In this document: in pieces, positions 40,673 through 49,123 of the stretch
Layout: the number at the start of each line of letters is the position of its first letter
Position numbering within the stretch: the stretch's first letter is position 1
Origin: Bacillota bacterium
GTDB taxonomy: Bacteria; Bacillota; Sulfobacillia; RBS10-35; Bu92
Direction of reading: 5' to 3'
Assembly (NCBI GenBank): GCA_014896375.1
Contig: JADBKN010000046.1
Location: 3,376-67,375, forward strand
Length of the DNA stretch: 64,000 nucleotides
Position numbers and translations under genes: made by a program
Notes under the pieces: generated by a model
What the model was told of the DNA's origin: nothing
What the model saw: only the letters and a program-made list of their open reading frames with translations
Databases searched by the model: none

Positions 40673-42319
40673 GTGTCTTTCTCCCTGCATCGCCGCCAGC
40701 TACTGCCATGGATCGCAGCCGCGCACCTCGCCTTCACCCACTCGTCCGACCCGCGTGAAGCCCGGCGCCTCGCCCGGCTGATCGGTCTGCACGCCGCGGC
40801 GTGGCTGGACGGCCACGTGGCCGCGGGGGCTTCTATGGAGCCGCGCCCGGATGACGTGGCGGCGGTGCTCCTCTCTTGTGCCGAGGGTTTCGGCTTCGAC
40901 GCAGCCCCGCTGGCCGTGCGGCCGGAGGCTGTGCGCGCGCGCGTGGGGGTGCCGCGGTCCCGCGTGCAGTCCCCGTGGTTCGAGGCCGGCGCGCGCGTCT
41001 TGGCCTCCATGGTGGGTGGCTTTGCTGCCCGGCGCTTCGGCTACGCCAAGGTGGCGCTGGAGCGCCTGGAGACGGCCGGGCCGTGGGTGGATCACATGTG
41101 CTGCGTGTTTCTTGAGGAGACGCCCGCCGCCGCCGCCGTGCCCGGCTGGACGTTCCGCCCGGACCGCCTGCCCGAGCACGCGGACATCCTTCGCTCCCTT
41201 GAGGAGGCGCTGCGCCTCGTCAGCCCGCGGGAGGCCGAGACGTTCTTGGAGCCCGCCCCCTCTGTGCGCGAGGACGTTCTGCACGTGGCCGGCCTCGGTG
41301 CCGCTCTATTGGAGGGCGACGGCCGCCCCGTGTGGCTGGCCGGCCACGCGCGCCGGCTGCTCTCCGCCCTGGGGGACCCGGCGCCCCACCTCGCCGCCCT
41401 GGCGCAGGAGACGCTGCGCAAGGGCGGCCCGCACAGCACCGTGTGGGAATCCGACCACACCCAGCCGCGCCTCTGGGTGCGCGCCTGCGCCGTGCCCTAC
41501 GGGCGGGGGGTGCTCGCCTCTTTCGAGGACTGCACAAGGGAGCGCGCGCTACAGCAGGCGCTCGCGGACATCGAGCGCGTGCGCGTGATCGGCGAGCTGG
41601 CCGCGGCCGCCGCCCATGACCTGCGCAACCCCCTCACCGCCGTGCGCGGCATGGTAGAGCTGGAAGCGCGCGAGGGCCGGCTGGGCGAAGCGGCCGACTT
41701 CATTCTGAAAGAGCTGGACCGCGCCGCCGCCATGCTGGGGGACCTCATGACGATCGCCGGCACGTCCAACCCGCGTGTGGGACCGGTCTCCGTGCGGCAG
41801 GTGTTCGCGCAGGTGCGGCGCCTCGTGGCCCCCACGTGCGCGAAGTCCCGCGTGGAGCTCGTCATGCGGCCCGCGGACGCCACCATCCTGGCGGACCGGG
41901 CCTACCTCGTCCGCGTGCTCCTCAACCTTGCCTCCAACGCGCTGGACGCCATGGGCCCCGGCGGGCGCCTCGTCATCGCGGCGGAGCCGGCCGCGGACCG
42001 CGTCCTCCTGCGCGTGACGGACAACGGCCCCGGGATTCCGGAAGAGATCCGCAAGCAGATCTTCCATCACATCGTGACGACGAAGCCCACCGGCACGGGG
42101 CTGGGCCTCTACAACTGCAAGCGCTTTGTGGAACGCATGGGCGGCACCATTGAGTTCCGCACCCGCTCCGGGCACGGCACCACCTTCACCCTCAGCTTCC
42201 CGAAGGCGCCGGCCGCCGCGCCGGAGGCTGCGCCGGATGCGGGGGTTCCCGAGGCCGCGGCGGACCCGAACGGCCCGGACCCCTTGCCGGACGACTACGG
42301 CCTGTTCTTCCTCCTTTAG
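40673..42319 (+). CDS. Sensor histidine kinase with N-terminal methanogen-output-domain-1 (MetOD1)-like region
   Basis: SMVGGFAARRFGYAKVAL...C.VFL...A....G..F N-terminal motif; AHDLRNPL, NL..NA, DNGPGI, TTKPTGTGLGL. Confidence 0.8.
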   Translation: MSFSLHRRQLLPWIAAAHLAFTHSSDPREARRLARLIGLHAAAWLDGHVAAGASMEPRPDDVAAVLLSCAEGFGFDAAPLAVRPEAVRARVGVPRSRVQSPWFEAGARVLASMVGGFAARRFGYAKVALERLETAGPWVDHMCCVFLEETPAAAAVPGWTFRPDRLPEHADILRSLEEALRLVSPREAETFLEPAPSVREDVLHVAGLGAALLEGDGRPVWLAGHARRLLSALGDPAPHLAALAQETLRKGGPHSTVWESDHTQPRLWVRACAVPYGRGVLASFEDCTRERALQQALADIERVRVIGELAAAAAHDLRNPLTAVRGMVELEAREGRLGEAADFILKELDRAAAMLGDLMTIAGTSNPRVGPVSVRQVFAQVRRLVAPTCAKSRVELVMRPADATILADRAYLVRVLLNLASNALDAMGPGGRLVIAAEPAADRVLLRVTDNGPGIPEEIRKQIFHHIVTTKPTGTGLGLYNCKRFVERMGGTIEFRTRSGHGTTFTLSFPKAPAAAPEAAPDAGVPEAAADPNGPDPLPDDYGLFFLL

Positions 42320-42457
42320 CCCCGCCTGAGCGGCCATGGCGCCGTCTCCTGGAGAACTTCGGTTCATCGGTGCATGATGGCAGCTTCACCTGTCTCCGTT
42401 GCTCCGAATATCGCCCATTCTCTCCCGTTTTCATCCCTCCGGCCCCCCGTGCCTCCC

Positions 42458-42465
42458 GCCGATAA
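42458..42465 (+). promoter_or_regulatory. Putative sigma-D/FliA -10 element
   Basis: GCCGATAA about 70 nt upstream of the flagellin start; no clear TAAA -35. Confidence 0.55.
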
Positions 42466-42537
42466 CGCCAGTGAACCGGTGACGGGTCAAGGCGCCGGCC
42501 CGCGCCGGAAACGCACATCTGCCGGAGGTGGCAAGAC

Positions 42538-43755
42538 GTGTATATCAACGACAACATCGCGTCGTTGAACGCCTGGCGGAACCTGACGGCCACGGGCAAC
42601 CGCATGAACTCGGTGCTCGAGCACCTGTCGTCGGGCCTCCGCATCAACAAGGCGGCCGACGACGCGGCGGGTCTGGCGATCAGCCAGAAGATGCTGGCGC
42701 AGGTCAACGGCTTGGACCAGGCGACGCGCAACGCGCAGGACGCGATCTCGCTGGTGCAAACGGCTGAAGGCGCGATGGGCCAGGCGCAGGACATCCTGCA
42801 ACGCATGCGCCAGCTGGCGGTCCAGGCGAGCAGCGACACGGAGACATCCAGTGACCGCGTCCAGCTGCAGATCGAAATGGACCAGCTCGCGAAGCAGCTC
42901 ACGGACATCGCAAACAACACCGAATTCAACACCAAGCGGCTCTTGACGGGCGAGTTCTCATCGGGGCAGACAAACGTGTCCATCCTGGTGGGCGCGAACG
43001 CTGGTCAGAACCTGTCGTTCAACATCGGTGCGGTCGATGCTAAGACGCTCCAAGTATCCCGTGATGTGGCCGATACGGCCACTGCTCCAACGTACGCTGG
43101 CTCCACAAATGCCACTGCGGCCGCCTTTACACCCGGGACGCAAAACTACTACGCCGTCGGTACCTACACCGTGCAGTTCACGCAGGATACAGGCACAGGC
43201 ATCTTCTACGCGCAATTGCAGGACCCCAATGGAAACAACATTGGGAGCAAAGTGGCTGTCTCGGACACAAGTGGGAACAGCCTTGGCGGTACGGTCACCG
43301 TCGGAGACACGGCGGCCGGTCAGGCGTTTGACATTACCTTGGCGACAGCAGGCACCGCGCTCGCGGCCGGAAGCGGAACCATTACGGTACAGGCCGCCAC
43401 AACGTCAGTCGCTGGCAGCAGCAGCAACTCGTGGAACGCCTCGGCGGCGGGCGGGCTCCTGCTGGTCACCGCGGGGCAAGCGAGCGACGCGCTTAAGGCC
43501 ATCGACGCCGCCATTAATACGATCTCCGGCGAGCGCGCAAAGCTCGGCGCCACCCAGAACCGCCTGCAGTACATCATCAACGACCTGCAGATCACCTCGC
43601 AGAACCTCTCCGACGCCAAGTCGCGCATCACAGACACCGACATGGCGAAGGAGATGGCGGAGTTCACCAAGTACCAGATCCTGCAGCAGGCGGGCGTGGC
43701 CATGCTGGCCCAGGCGAACGCCATGCCGCAGGCGGTGCTCAAGCTCCTCGGCTAG
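42538..43755 (+). CDS. fliC: Flagellin
   Basis: LSSGLRINKAADDAAGLAIS, RNAQDAISLVQTAEGA; C-terminal RAKLGATQNRL...SRITDTDMAKEM...MLAQAN..PQAVLKLLG. Confidence 0.97.
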   Translation: MYINDNIASLNAWRNLTATGNRMNSVLEHLSSGLRINKAADDAAGLAISQKMLAQVNGLDQATRNAQDAISLVQTAEGAMGQAQDILQRMRQLAVQASSDTETSSDRVQLQIEMDQLAKQLTDIANNTEFNTKRLLTGEFSSGQTNVSILVGANAGQNLSFNIGAVDAKTLQVSRDVADTATAPTYAGSTNATAAAFTPGTQNYYAVGTYTVQFTQDTGTGIFYAQLQDPNGNNIGSKVAVSDTSGNSLGGTVTVGDTAAGQAFDITLATAGTALAAGSGTITVQAATTSVAGSSSNSWNASAAGGLLLVTAGQASDALKAIDAAINTISGERAKLGATQNRLQYIINDLQITSQNLSDAKSRITDTDMAKEMAEFTKYQILQQAGVAMLAQANAMPQAVLKLLG

Positions 43756-43819
43756 AGCTTCGGGCGCGTCGCATCCCGCGGCGCGGTCCGGAGAAGAGGC
43801 AAGCGCCGCCGCAACGGTG

Positions 43820-43858
43820 GAAGGGGCGGGACCGAAGAGGGTCCCGCTCCTTCCTTCT
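43820..43858 (+). terminator. Terminator after flagellin
   Basis: GAAGGGGCGGGACC-GAAGA-GGGTCCCGCTCCTTC-CTTCT hairpin. Confidence 0.65.
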
Positions 43859-44002
43859 GCGTTCTGGTACCGATCTTCGACATCGCCGGGCGAGAGCTGT
43901 CGCACGAACGTTCGGGGACTGGCAGGGACTGACAGGCAAGGCGCCGAACTTCCAACCTCATCTTTCTGAATGACCGAGCTGTGAAAGAGGGGCGCGGTTC
44001 CG

Positions 44003-44935
44003 TTGGGGATTCGCAAGGCCGTCATTCCGGTCGCGGGCTTGGGCACGCGCTTTCTCCCCGCGACGAAGTCGCTGCCGAAGGAGATGCTGCCGCTCCTCAA
44101 TAAGCCCGCCATCCAGTACATCGTCGAGGAGGCCGTGTCGGCGGGGATCGATGACGTCCTGCTGATCACCGGGCGCTTGAAGCGCGCTATCGAGGACCAC
44201 TTCGACCGCATCCACCTCGTGGAGAAGCACCTGGAGATGAGCGGGAAGACGGAGCTCTTGCGCATCGTCGTGGAGCCGGCCGGGCTCGCCAATCTGCACT
44301 ACATCCGGCAGCCGGAGCCCCGCGGCCTGGGACACGCCGTGCTGCAGGCGCGCTGGCACGTGGGCAAGGAGCCCTTCGCGCTCCTTCTGGGCGACGACGT
44401 GTACCAGGGAGACCCTGCCGCCATCTCCCAGCTGATCGCCGTGCACGAGGAGACGGGGATGTCGGTCGTCGGCGTGCTGCCGGTATCCATGGCGGAGACG
44501 GGCCGCTACGGCATCGCGGACTTCGGCCCGGAGGACGCCAACCCGGCGAAGGGTCCGGTCCTGGCCCGCGACTTTGTGGAGAAGCCGGATCCGGAAGAGG
44601 CCCCCTCGAACTGGGCCATCATGGGCCGGTACGTCCTCACGCCGGACATCTTCGAGGCGCTGGAGGAGACCCCCAAGGGCCGCGGAGGAGAGATCCAGCT
44701 GACGGATGCGCTGCGCACCCTCGCGCGCCGGGGCCGGGTCTGCGTCGTAGCGCTGCAAGGAGAGCGGTATGACGTCGGGGATCCGGTGAGCTTCGTCAAG
44801 TCCACCATCGCCATGGCGCTGCGGGATCCGGCCATCGGCCCGGAGATCCGGGACTTCGTCACGGCGTTGCTCGCCGAAGGCGTGCGCCAGGCGGCGGCGG
44901 CCGCGGAGGAGCCGGGCGCGGAGAAGCGGGCGTAG
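44003..44935 (+). CDS. galU: UTP-glucose-1-phosphate uridylyltransferase
   Basis: KAVIPVAGLGTRFLPATKSLPKEMLP, RQPEPRGLGHAV, VEKP, GEIQLTDA. Confidence 0.96.
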   Translation: MGIRKAVIPVAGLGTRFLPATKSLPKEMLPLLNKPAIQYIVEEAVSAGIDDVLLITGRLKRAIEDHFDRIHLVEKHLEMSGKTELLRIVVEPAGLANLHYIRQPEPRGLGHAVLQARWHVGKEPFALLLGDDVYQGDPAAISQLIAVHEETGMSVVGVLPVSMAETGRYGIADFGPEDANPAKGPVLARDFVEKPDPEEAPSNWAIMGRYVLTPDIFEALEETPKGRGGEIQLTDALRTLARRGRVCVVALQGERYDVGDPVSFVKSTIAMALRDPAIGPEIRDFVTALLAEGVRQAAAAAEEPGAEKRA

Positions 44936-44976
44936 CGCGGGCGCGCCGGCGCATGGGAGCGGCGGCCGGGAGCCGC

Positions 44977-45627
44977 CTACTCCTCGTCCACCTGCGGCCG
45001 GCGCGGCCGCGTGCGCGCTCGTGCGGCGCCGCGGTTGCGGCCGTTCTTGCGGCGCGAGGGCTTCGCGAACTGGATGCGCGTGACCTCCTCGATGCCGTTC
45101 AGCACGAGCCCCGCCACGTGGACGATCGCGTTGGCGTTGCGGATGGAATAGCCCTTCACGAACGCCTTCCCGCCGATGAAGAGAAACGTGATCACGCCGA
45201 TGCCGAGCGCGTTCAGGAGGCTGTGCGGCACATGCAGCCCCTCCGCCAGGCCGGCGATGATGGCGACGGTCGCCGCGCCGGCCACGGCGGCTGTGACGTC
45301 GCCGGTGATGTCCATGGCGATGCTCGCCACGCGGTCCGCCCGCTGGATGAGGTAGAGCGCCTGCCGCGCGCCGGGCTCGCGCTTGCTGGCCTTCGCGTGG
45401 AAGGGGACGGGATCCGCGGCCGTGACGGCCACGCCCAACATGTCCAGGACCACGGCCACGCCGATGATGAAGAGCACCAGCGGCACCGCCAGTCCCGGCG
45501 GGATGCGCGCCACGAGCTCTTCTGAAGGCAGGCCCACGCCCACGGCGATGAAGAAGCCGAGGAGGCCGAGGCTCAGCCCCGTGCGCCAGGGGTTCCCGTA
45601 GGCGTTTCGGCGTTTGTCGCCGGACAT
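44977..45627 (-). CDS. Hypothetical membrane protein (4 TM)
   Basis: Hydrophobic helices; D.LGVAVTAA...PFHA.ASK...GARQA..L...A..VAS...D..GD pattern. Confidence 0.7.
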   Translation of the reverse strand: MSGDKRRNAYGNPWRTGLSLGLLGFFIAVGVGLPSEELVARIPPGLAVPLVLFIIGVAVVLDMLGVAVTAADPVPFHAKASKREPGARQALYLIQRADRVASIAMDITGDVTAAVAGAATVAIIAGLAEGLHVPHSLLNALGIGVITFLFIGGKAFVKGYSIRNANAIVHVAGLVLNGIEEVTRIQFAKPSRRKNGRNRGAARARTRPRRPQVDEE

Positions 45628-45631
45628 CGCT

Positions 45632-47008
45632 TCACCTGTTTACGGATTTTACCACGGGACCGGCGGCCTCCCGGGCCCACGCGGGAAAGGCGCCCGCGCG
45701 ACCGGGGAGAAGGACCGCGCGCACGGTGAGGAAGAGGATTTTCAGGTCGAGGAGCGGCGAGGCCTGCATGATGTAGGTGAGGTCGTAGCGGAGCTTCTCC
45801 TCTGCGTCGGTGGAGTAGGCCGCCATCACCTGCGCGAGGCCCGTGAGCCCCGGGCGCACGTTGTGGCGCAGGCGGTAGTGGGGTAGCTGCGCCTCGAAGG
45901 CGCGCACGAACTCCGGCCGCTCCGGGCGCGGTCCCACGAGGCTCATGTCGCCGCGCAGGACGTTCCACACCTGCGGGAGCTCGTCGAGGCGCAGGGCGCG
46001 CAGCCAGCGGCCGACGGGCGTGACGCGCGGGTCGTCGGCAGTGGCGAGGGTGGGGCCGGTCTCGGCTTCGGCGTCGACACGCATGGTGCGGAGCTTGTAG
46101 ATCGTGAACGGCCGGCCGTGCAGCCCCACGCGCGTCTGGCGGTAGAGGACGGGACCGGGCGAGGTGAGCGCGATGGCGGCCGCGGCAAGGGCCAGGACGG
46201 GCGCCGTCGCCGCCCCCAGGAGGAGCGCGCCGGCCACGTCGACGAGCCGCTTCAGCCAGGCGTAGTCCGGCGGGATCTCCGGCGGCCGCGCGCCGATCAC
46301 GGGCAGGTCGCCCACGCGCGTGGACTGGCTGCGCAGCATGAGGATGTCGTAGAGGGACGGCACGGCGTAGAACTGCCGCCCGCGCGCGAGGGCCCAGGAC
46401 TGCGCGGCGAGGCGCAACTCCGGCGAGGCGTGCGGCCCGACGAAGACGGCATCGGCGTCCGGCTCGGTGACGGCGGCCGGGGCCGCGAACGCATCCGCCG
46501 CCTCCGCCGCCGTGAGCGCGAGGACGTGCACGGCGCCGAAGGAGCCGCGCACAAGGCGCGCGAGCGTGGCCGCGTCCTCCGCCGTGGCGCCGACGACGAT
46601 GAACCGCCGCTCCCGGAAGGCGCGCCGCGCGGCCGCGATCCACGGCCAGCGGGAGGCGCTGAGGAGCGCGAACTGCAGGGGCGCGGCGATGAGGAAGACG
46701 CTGCGCGGGAAGGCCGGCGCGCCGAAGACGTAGGGGAGCGTGAGGCCGAGCGCCGTGGCCATCGTCACGGCGAGGGCGAGGGAGGCGTAGGTGTCGAACG
46801 GCTCGCGGTGGAGGTCCCGGTGCGTCTCATAGGTGGTGAGGAGCAGCACGCCGAGGAGCGCCAGGAGCGGGCCCAGCACCGGGAAGGGCACGAAGTTGCG
46901 GTGCGGGATGGCGCCGTGGAAGCGCACATAGTACGCCAGTAGGTACGCGAGCAGGATGAGGAGGAAGTCCGTCGCCACGATCACCGCCTGCCGCGTGCGC
47001 GGCGACAT
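45632..47008 (-). CDS. Polyprenyl glycosyl-1-phosphate transferase (priming GT, WcaJ/CpsE-like)
   Basis: N-terminal TMs; [55 protein letters not shown]. Confidence 0.93.
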   Translation of the reverse strand: MSPRTRQAVIVATDFLLILLAYLLAYYVRFHGAIPHRNFVPFPVLGPLLALLGVLLLTTYETHRDLHREPFDTYASLALAVTMATALGLTLPYVFGAPAFPRSVFLIAAPLQFALLSASRWPWIAAARRAFRERRFIVVGATAEDAATLARLVRGSFGAVHVLALTAAEAADAFAAPAAVTEPDADAVFVGPHASPELRLAAQSWALARGRQFYAVPSLYDILMLRSQSTRVGDLPVIGARPPEIPPDYAWLKRLVDVAGALLLGAATAPVLALAAAAIALTSPGPVLYRQTRVGLHGRPFTIYKLRTMRVDAEAETGPTLATADDPRVTPVGRWLRALRLDELPQVWNVLRGDMSLVGPRPERPEFVRAFEAQLPHYRLRHNVRPGLTGLAQVMAAYSTDAEEKLRYDLTYIMQASPLLDLKILFLTVRAVLLPGRAGAFPAWAREAAGPVVKSVNR

Positions 47009-47093
47009 GCCCCCGCCTCCCTTCGTCTCCCGTTCTTGAGCCTCTCTTGAGCCGCGCTGAGGAGGATCGACGAGGAAGATCGCGGCGCCGCGC

Positions 47094-48029
47094 TCAGGCG
47101 CGGGCCCGCGCGCGGAACCACGCCACGGTGCGGCGCAAACCCTCATCGAGATCCACGGCCGGCGTCCAGCCGAGCTCCGCGCGCGCCTTGGCGGGATCCA
47201 CGCGGCTGGAGCGCAGGTCCCCGGGGCGCGGCGGGCCGTAGCGCGGCTCCGCCGCCGGGTCCGCCAGCGCGCGCAGGCGCGAGAAGAGCTCGTTGACGTC
47301 CGTGCCTTGGCCCGTGCCGATGTTATACGCCTCGCCGGGCCGGCCGCGCTCCAGCGCCAGCACGTTCGCGCGCGCCACGTCCTCCACGTAGACATAGTCG
47401 CGCACATACCGCCCGTCACCGTGGATCACGCACGGCTCTCCGCGCAGCAGCCGCTCCGTGAAGATGGCCACGACACCCGCCTCGCCGTGCGGATCCTGGC
47501 GCGGCCCGTAGACGTTCGCGTATCGCAAGGATACCGCGTGCAGGCCATGCTGGCGGTGGAAAAAGCGGACATACGCCTCGCCCGCCATCTTGCTGATGCC
47601 GTAGGGCGAGATGGGGTCCGCCGGGTGCGTCTCCGGCGCCGGCTCGTCGACGTCTCCATAGAGGACGCCGCCGGAGGAGGCGAAGACGAAGCGCTCCGTT
47701 CCGCTCTCCACGCTCGCCTCTAGGACGTTGAGGAGCCCGAGGAGGTTCACTTCCGCATCGAATCGGGGCTCTCGCGTGGACCGGCTCACGGACACCTGCG
47801 CCGCCTGATGGGAGACCCACTCCGGCCGGACTTCGGCGAACACGGAGCGGACGAAGGCGGCGTCGCGCACATCGCCCTCGTACACCGTGACGCGCGGGGG
47901 CACGTTCGCGCGCCGGCCGGTGGAGAAGTCGTCGAGCACCGCCACCTCGTGGCCGGCGGCGAGGAGCGCGTCGCAGACGTGGCTGCCGATGAAGCCGGCG
48001 CCGCCGGTGACAAGCGTTCTCTTGGGCAT
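47094..48029 (-). CDS. NAD-dependent NDP-sugar 4-epimerase (GalE-like)
   Basis: LVTGGAGFIGSH, HQAAQ, PYGISK, LRYANVYGPRQ, RDYVYV. Confidence 0.92.
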   Translation of the reverse strand: MPKRTLVTGGAGFIGSHVCDALLAAGHEVAVLDDFSTGRRANVPPRVTVYEGDVRDAAFVRSVFAEVRPEWVSHQAAQVSVSRSTREPRFDAEVNLLGLLNVLEASVESGTERFVFASSGGVLYGDVDEPAPETHPADPISPYGISKMAGEAYVRFFHRQHGLHAVSLRYANVYGPRQDPHGEAGVVAIFTERLLRGEPCVIHGDGRYVRDYVYVEDVARANVLALERGRPGEAYNIGTGQGTDVNELFSRLRALADPAAEPRYGPPRPGDLRSSRVDPAKARAELGWTPAVDLDEGLRRTVAWFRARARA

Positions 48030-48245
48030 GCGGAGGGGCCTCCTTGTCGTTGGGCGTGCGGGAGTCCGAGTCGACGGTCAGCGCTACGCCGGTGCGGTCC
48101 GGGACGCGGAGCGCGGACGACGAAGGATTCGCGGCTCCTTGCGGCCCTCCTTTCCGGCACGGCGCGCGAACGTCCGGCACACGGCACGCGCGTCAGGAGT
48201 GCCGTGGAGCAGCCCACGCCGTGCGGCGACGGCGCCCGGCCGGGG

Positions 48246-48863
48246 TCAGCAACCGCCCGACGCGCCGCACCATTGCGATACCTCCCGCAGCGCTGCGGCC
48301 GCGAGCAGAACGCCCGCCACGGCCAGCATCGTGTACTCCGGCGCGCGCAGGGGACGTGGGTCAAGGCGCCGCACCGGCCCGCCAAGCCAGCTCTCCTGGC
48401 ACCATCGCGACCAGCCCGCCGTCGCTGCAGCAACCAAGACGTAGGCAGTGAGCTCCATGAAGCCGGAACGAGCGAGGATCGTGGCCAGCGACGGTGCCGG
48501 CCGCTCGGGCAGCGGCGGGACGAACGAGTTCGTGCCCAGCAGCTGCCCGTAAAGTCCCCAGTACACCAGGGGTGGGACGAAACCGAGCGGCAGTCGCCGA
48601 ACGCGGAGCCGGTTCGCCCCAGCCACGAACACCGCGGCGGCCAGGACGTTCCAACCCAGCACGGCGACGACGCGACCGGCGGTGTCCAACCGCTCAAGCG
48701 GTAGGGCGGCAGGGAGCATGCGGCCCCGCAAGACACCCTCGGGCAGCCACGCGTACCCCGCCCACCAGGCCAGCCAGAAGAGCCCCTGGGCTGAAGCGAA
48801 CAACTGAAGGAACGTGCGCAAGGGCGCCAAGGGAGCCAGCCTTTCGTCGAGCGGATACGACAC
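48246..48863 (-). CDS. Hypothetical polytopic membrane protein
   Basis: GTG after GAAGGGGG; about 5 hydrophobic helices; GTNSF and MELTAYVL motifs. Confidence 0.6.
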   Translation of the reverse strand: MSYPLDERLAPLAPLRTFLQLFASAQGLFWLAWWAGYAWLPEGVLRGRMLPAALPLERLDTAGRVVAVLGWNVLAAAVFVAGANRLRVRRLPLGFVPPLVYWGLYGQLLGTNSFVPPLPERPAPSLATILARSGFMELTAYVLVAAATAGWSRWCQESWLGGPVRRLDPRPLRAPEYTMLAVAGVLLAAAALREVSQWCGASGGC

Positions 48864-49123
48864 GGTCGGACGCCCCCTTCGACAGTCGTTGGACTCGTCG
48901 TGGGTCACACGGAGGCCCGGACCGCGCACATCGATCCGGTCGAAGGCATTCTGCCCTTCGCCTACCGGCCGTGCAAGTGGATGCGTTCAATCCCGCAACG
49001 CGACAGGGCTCCGCCGTCATCCCCGCGAATACCGGAAACCTGTGCGCGTCGGTGCGGATCTCCACCCCGCCCCGGCGATGGGTCTCAGCCGCGACGGATC
49101 ATTACGCGTGAAAGGTTGGTCGC

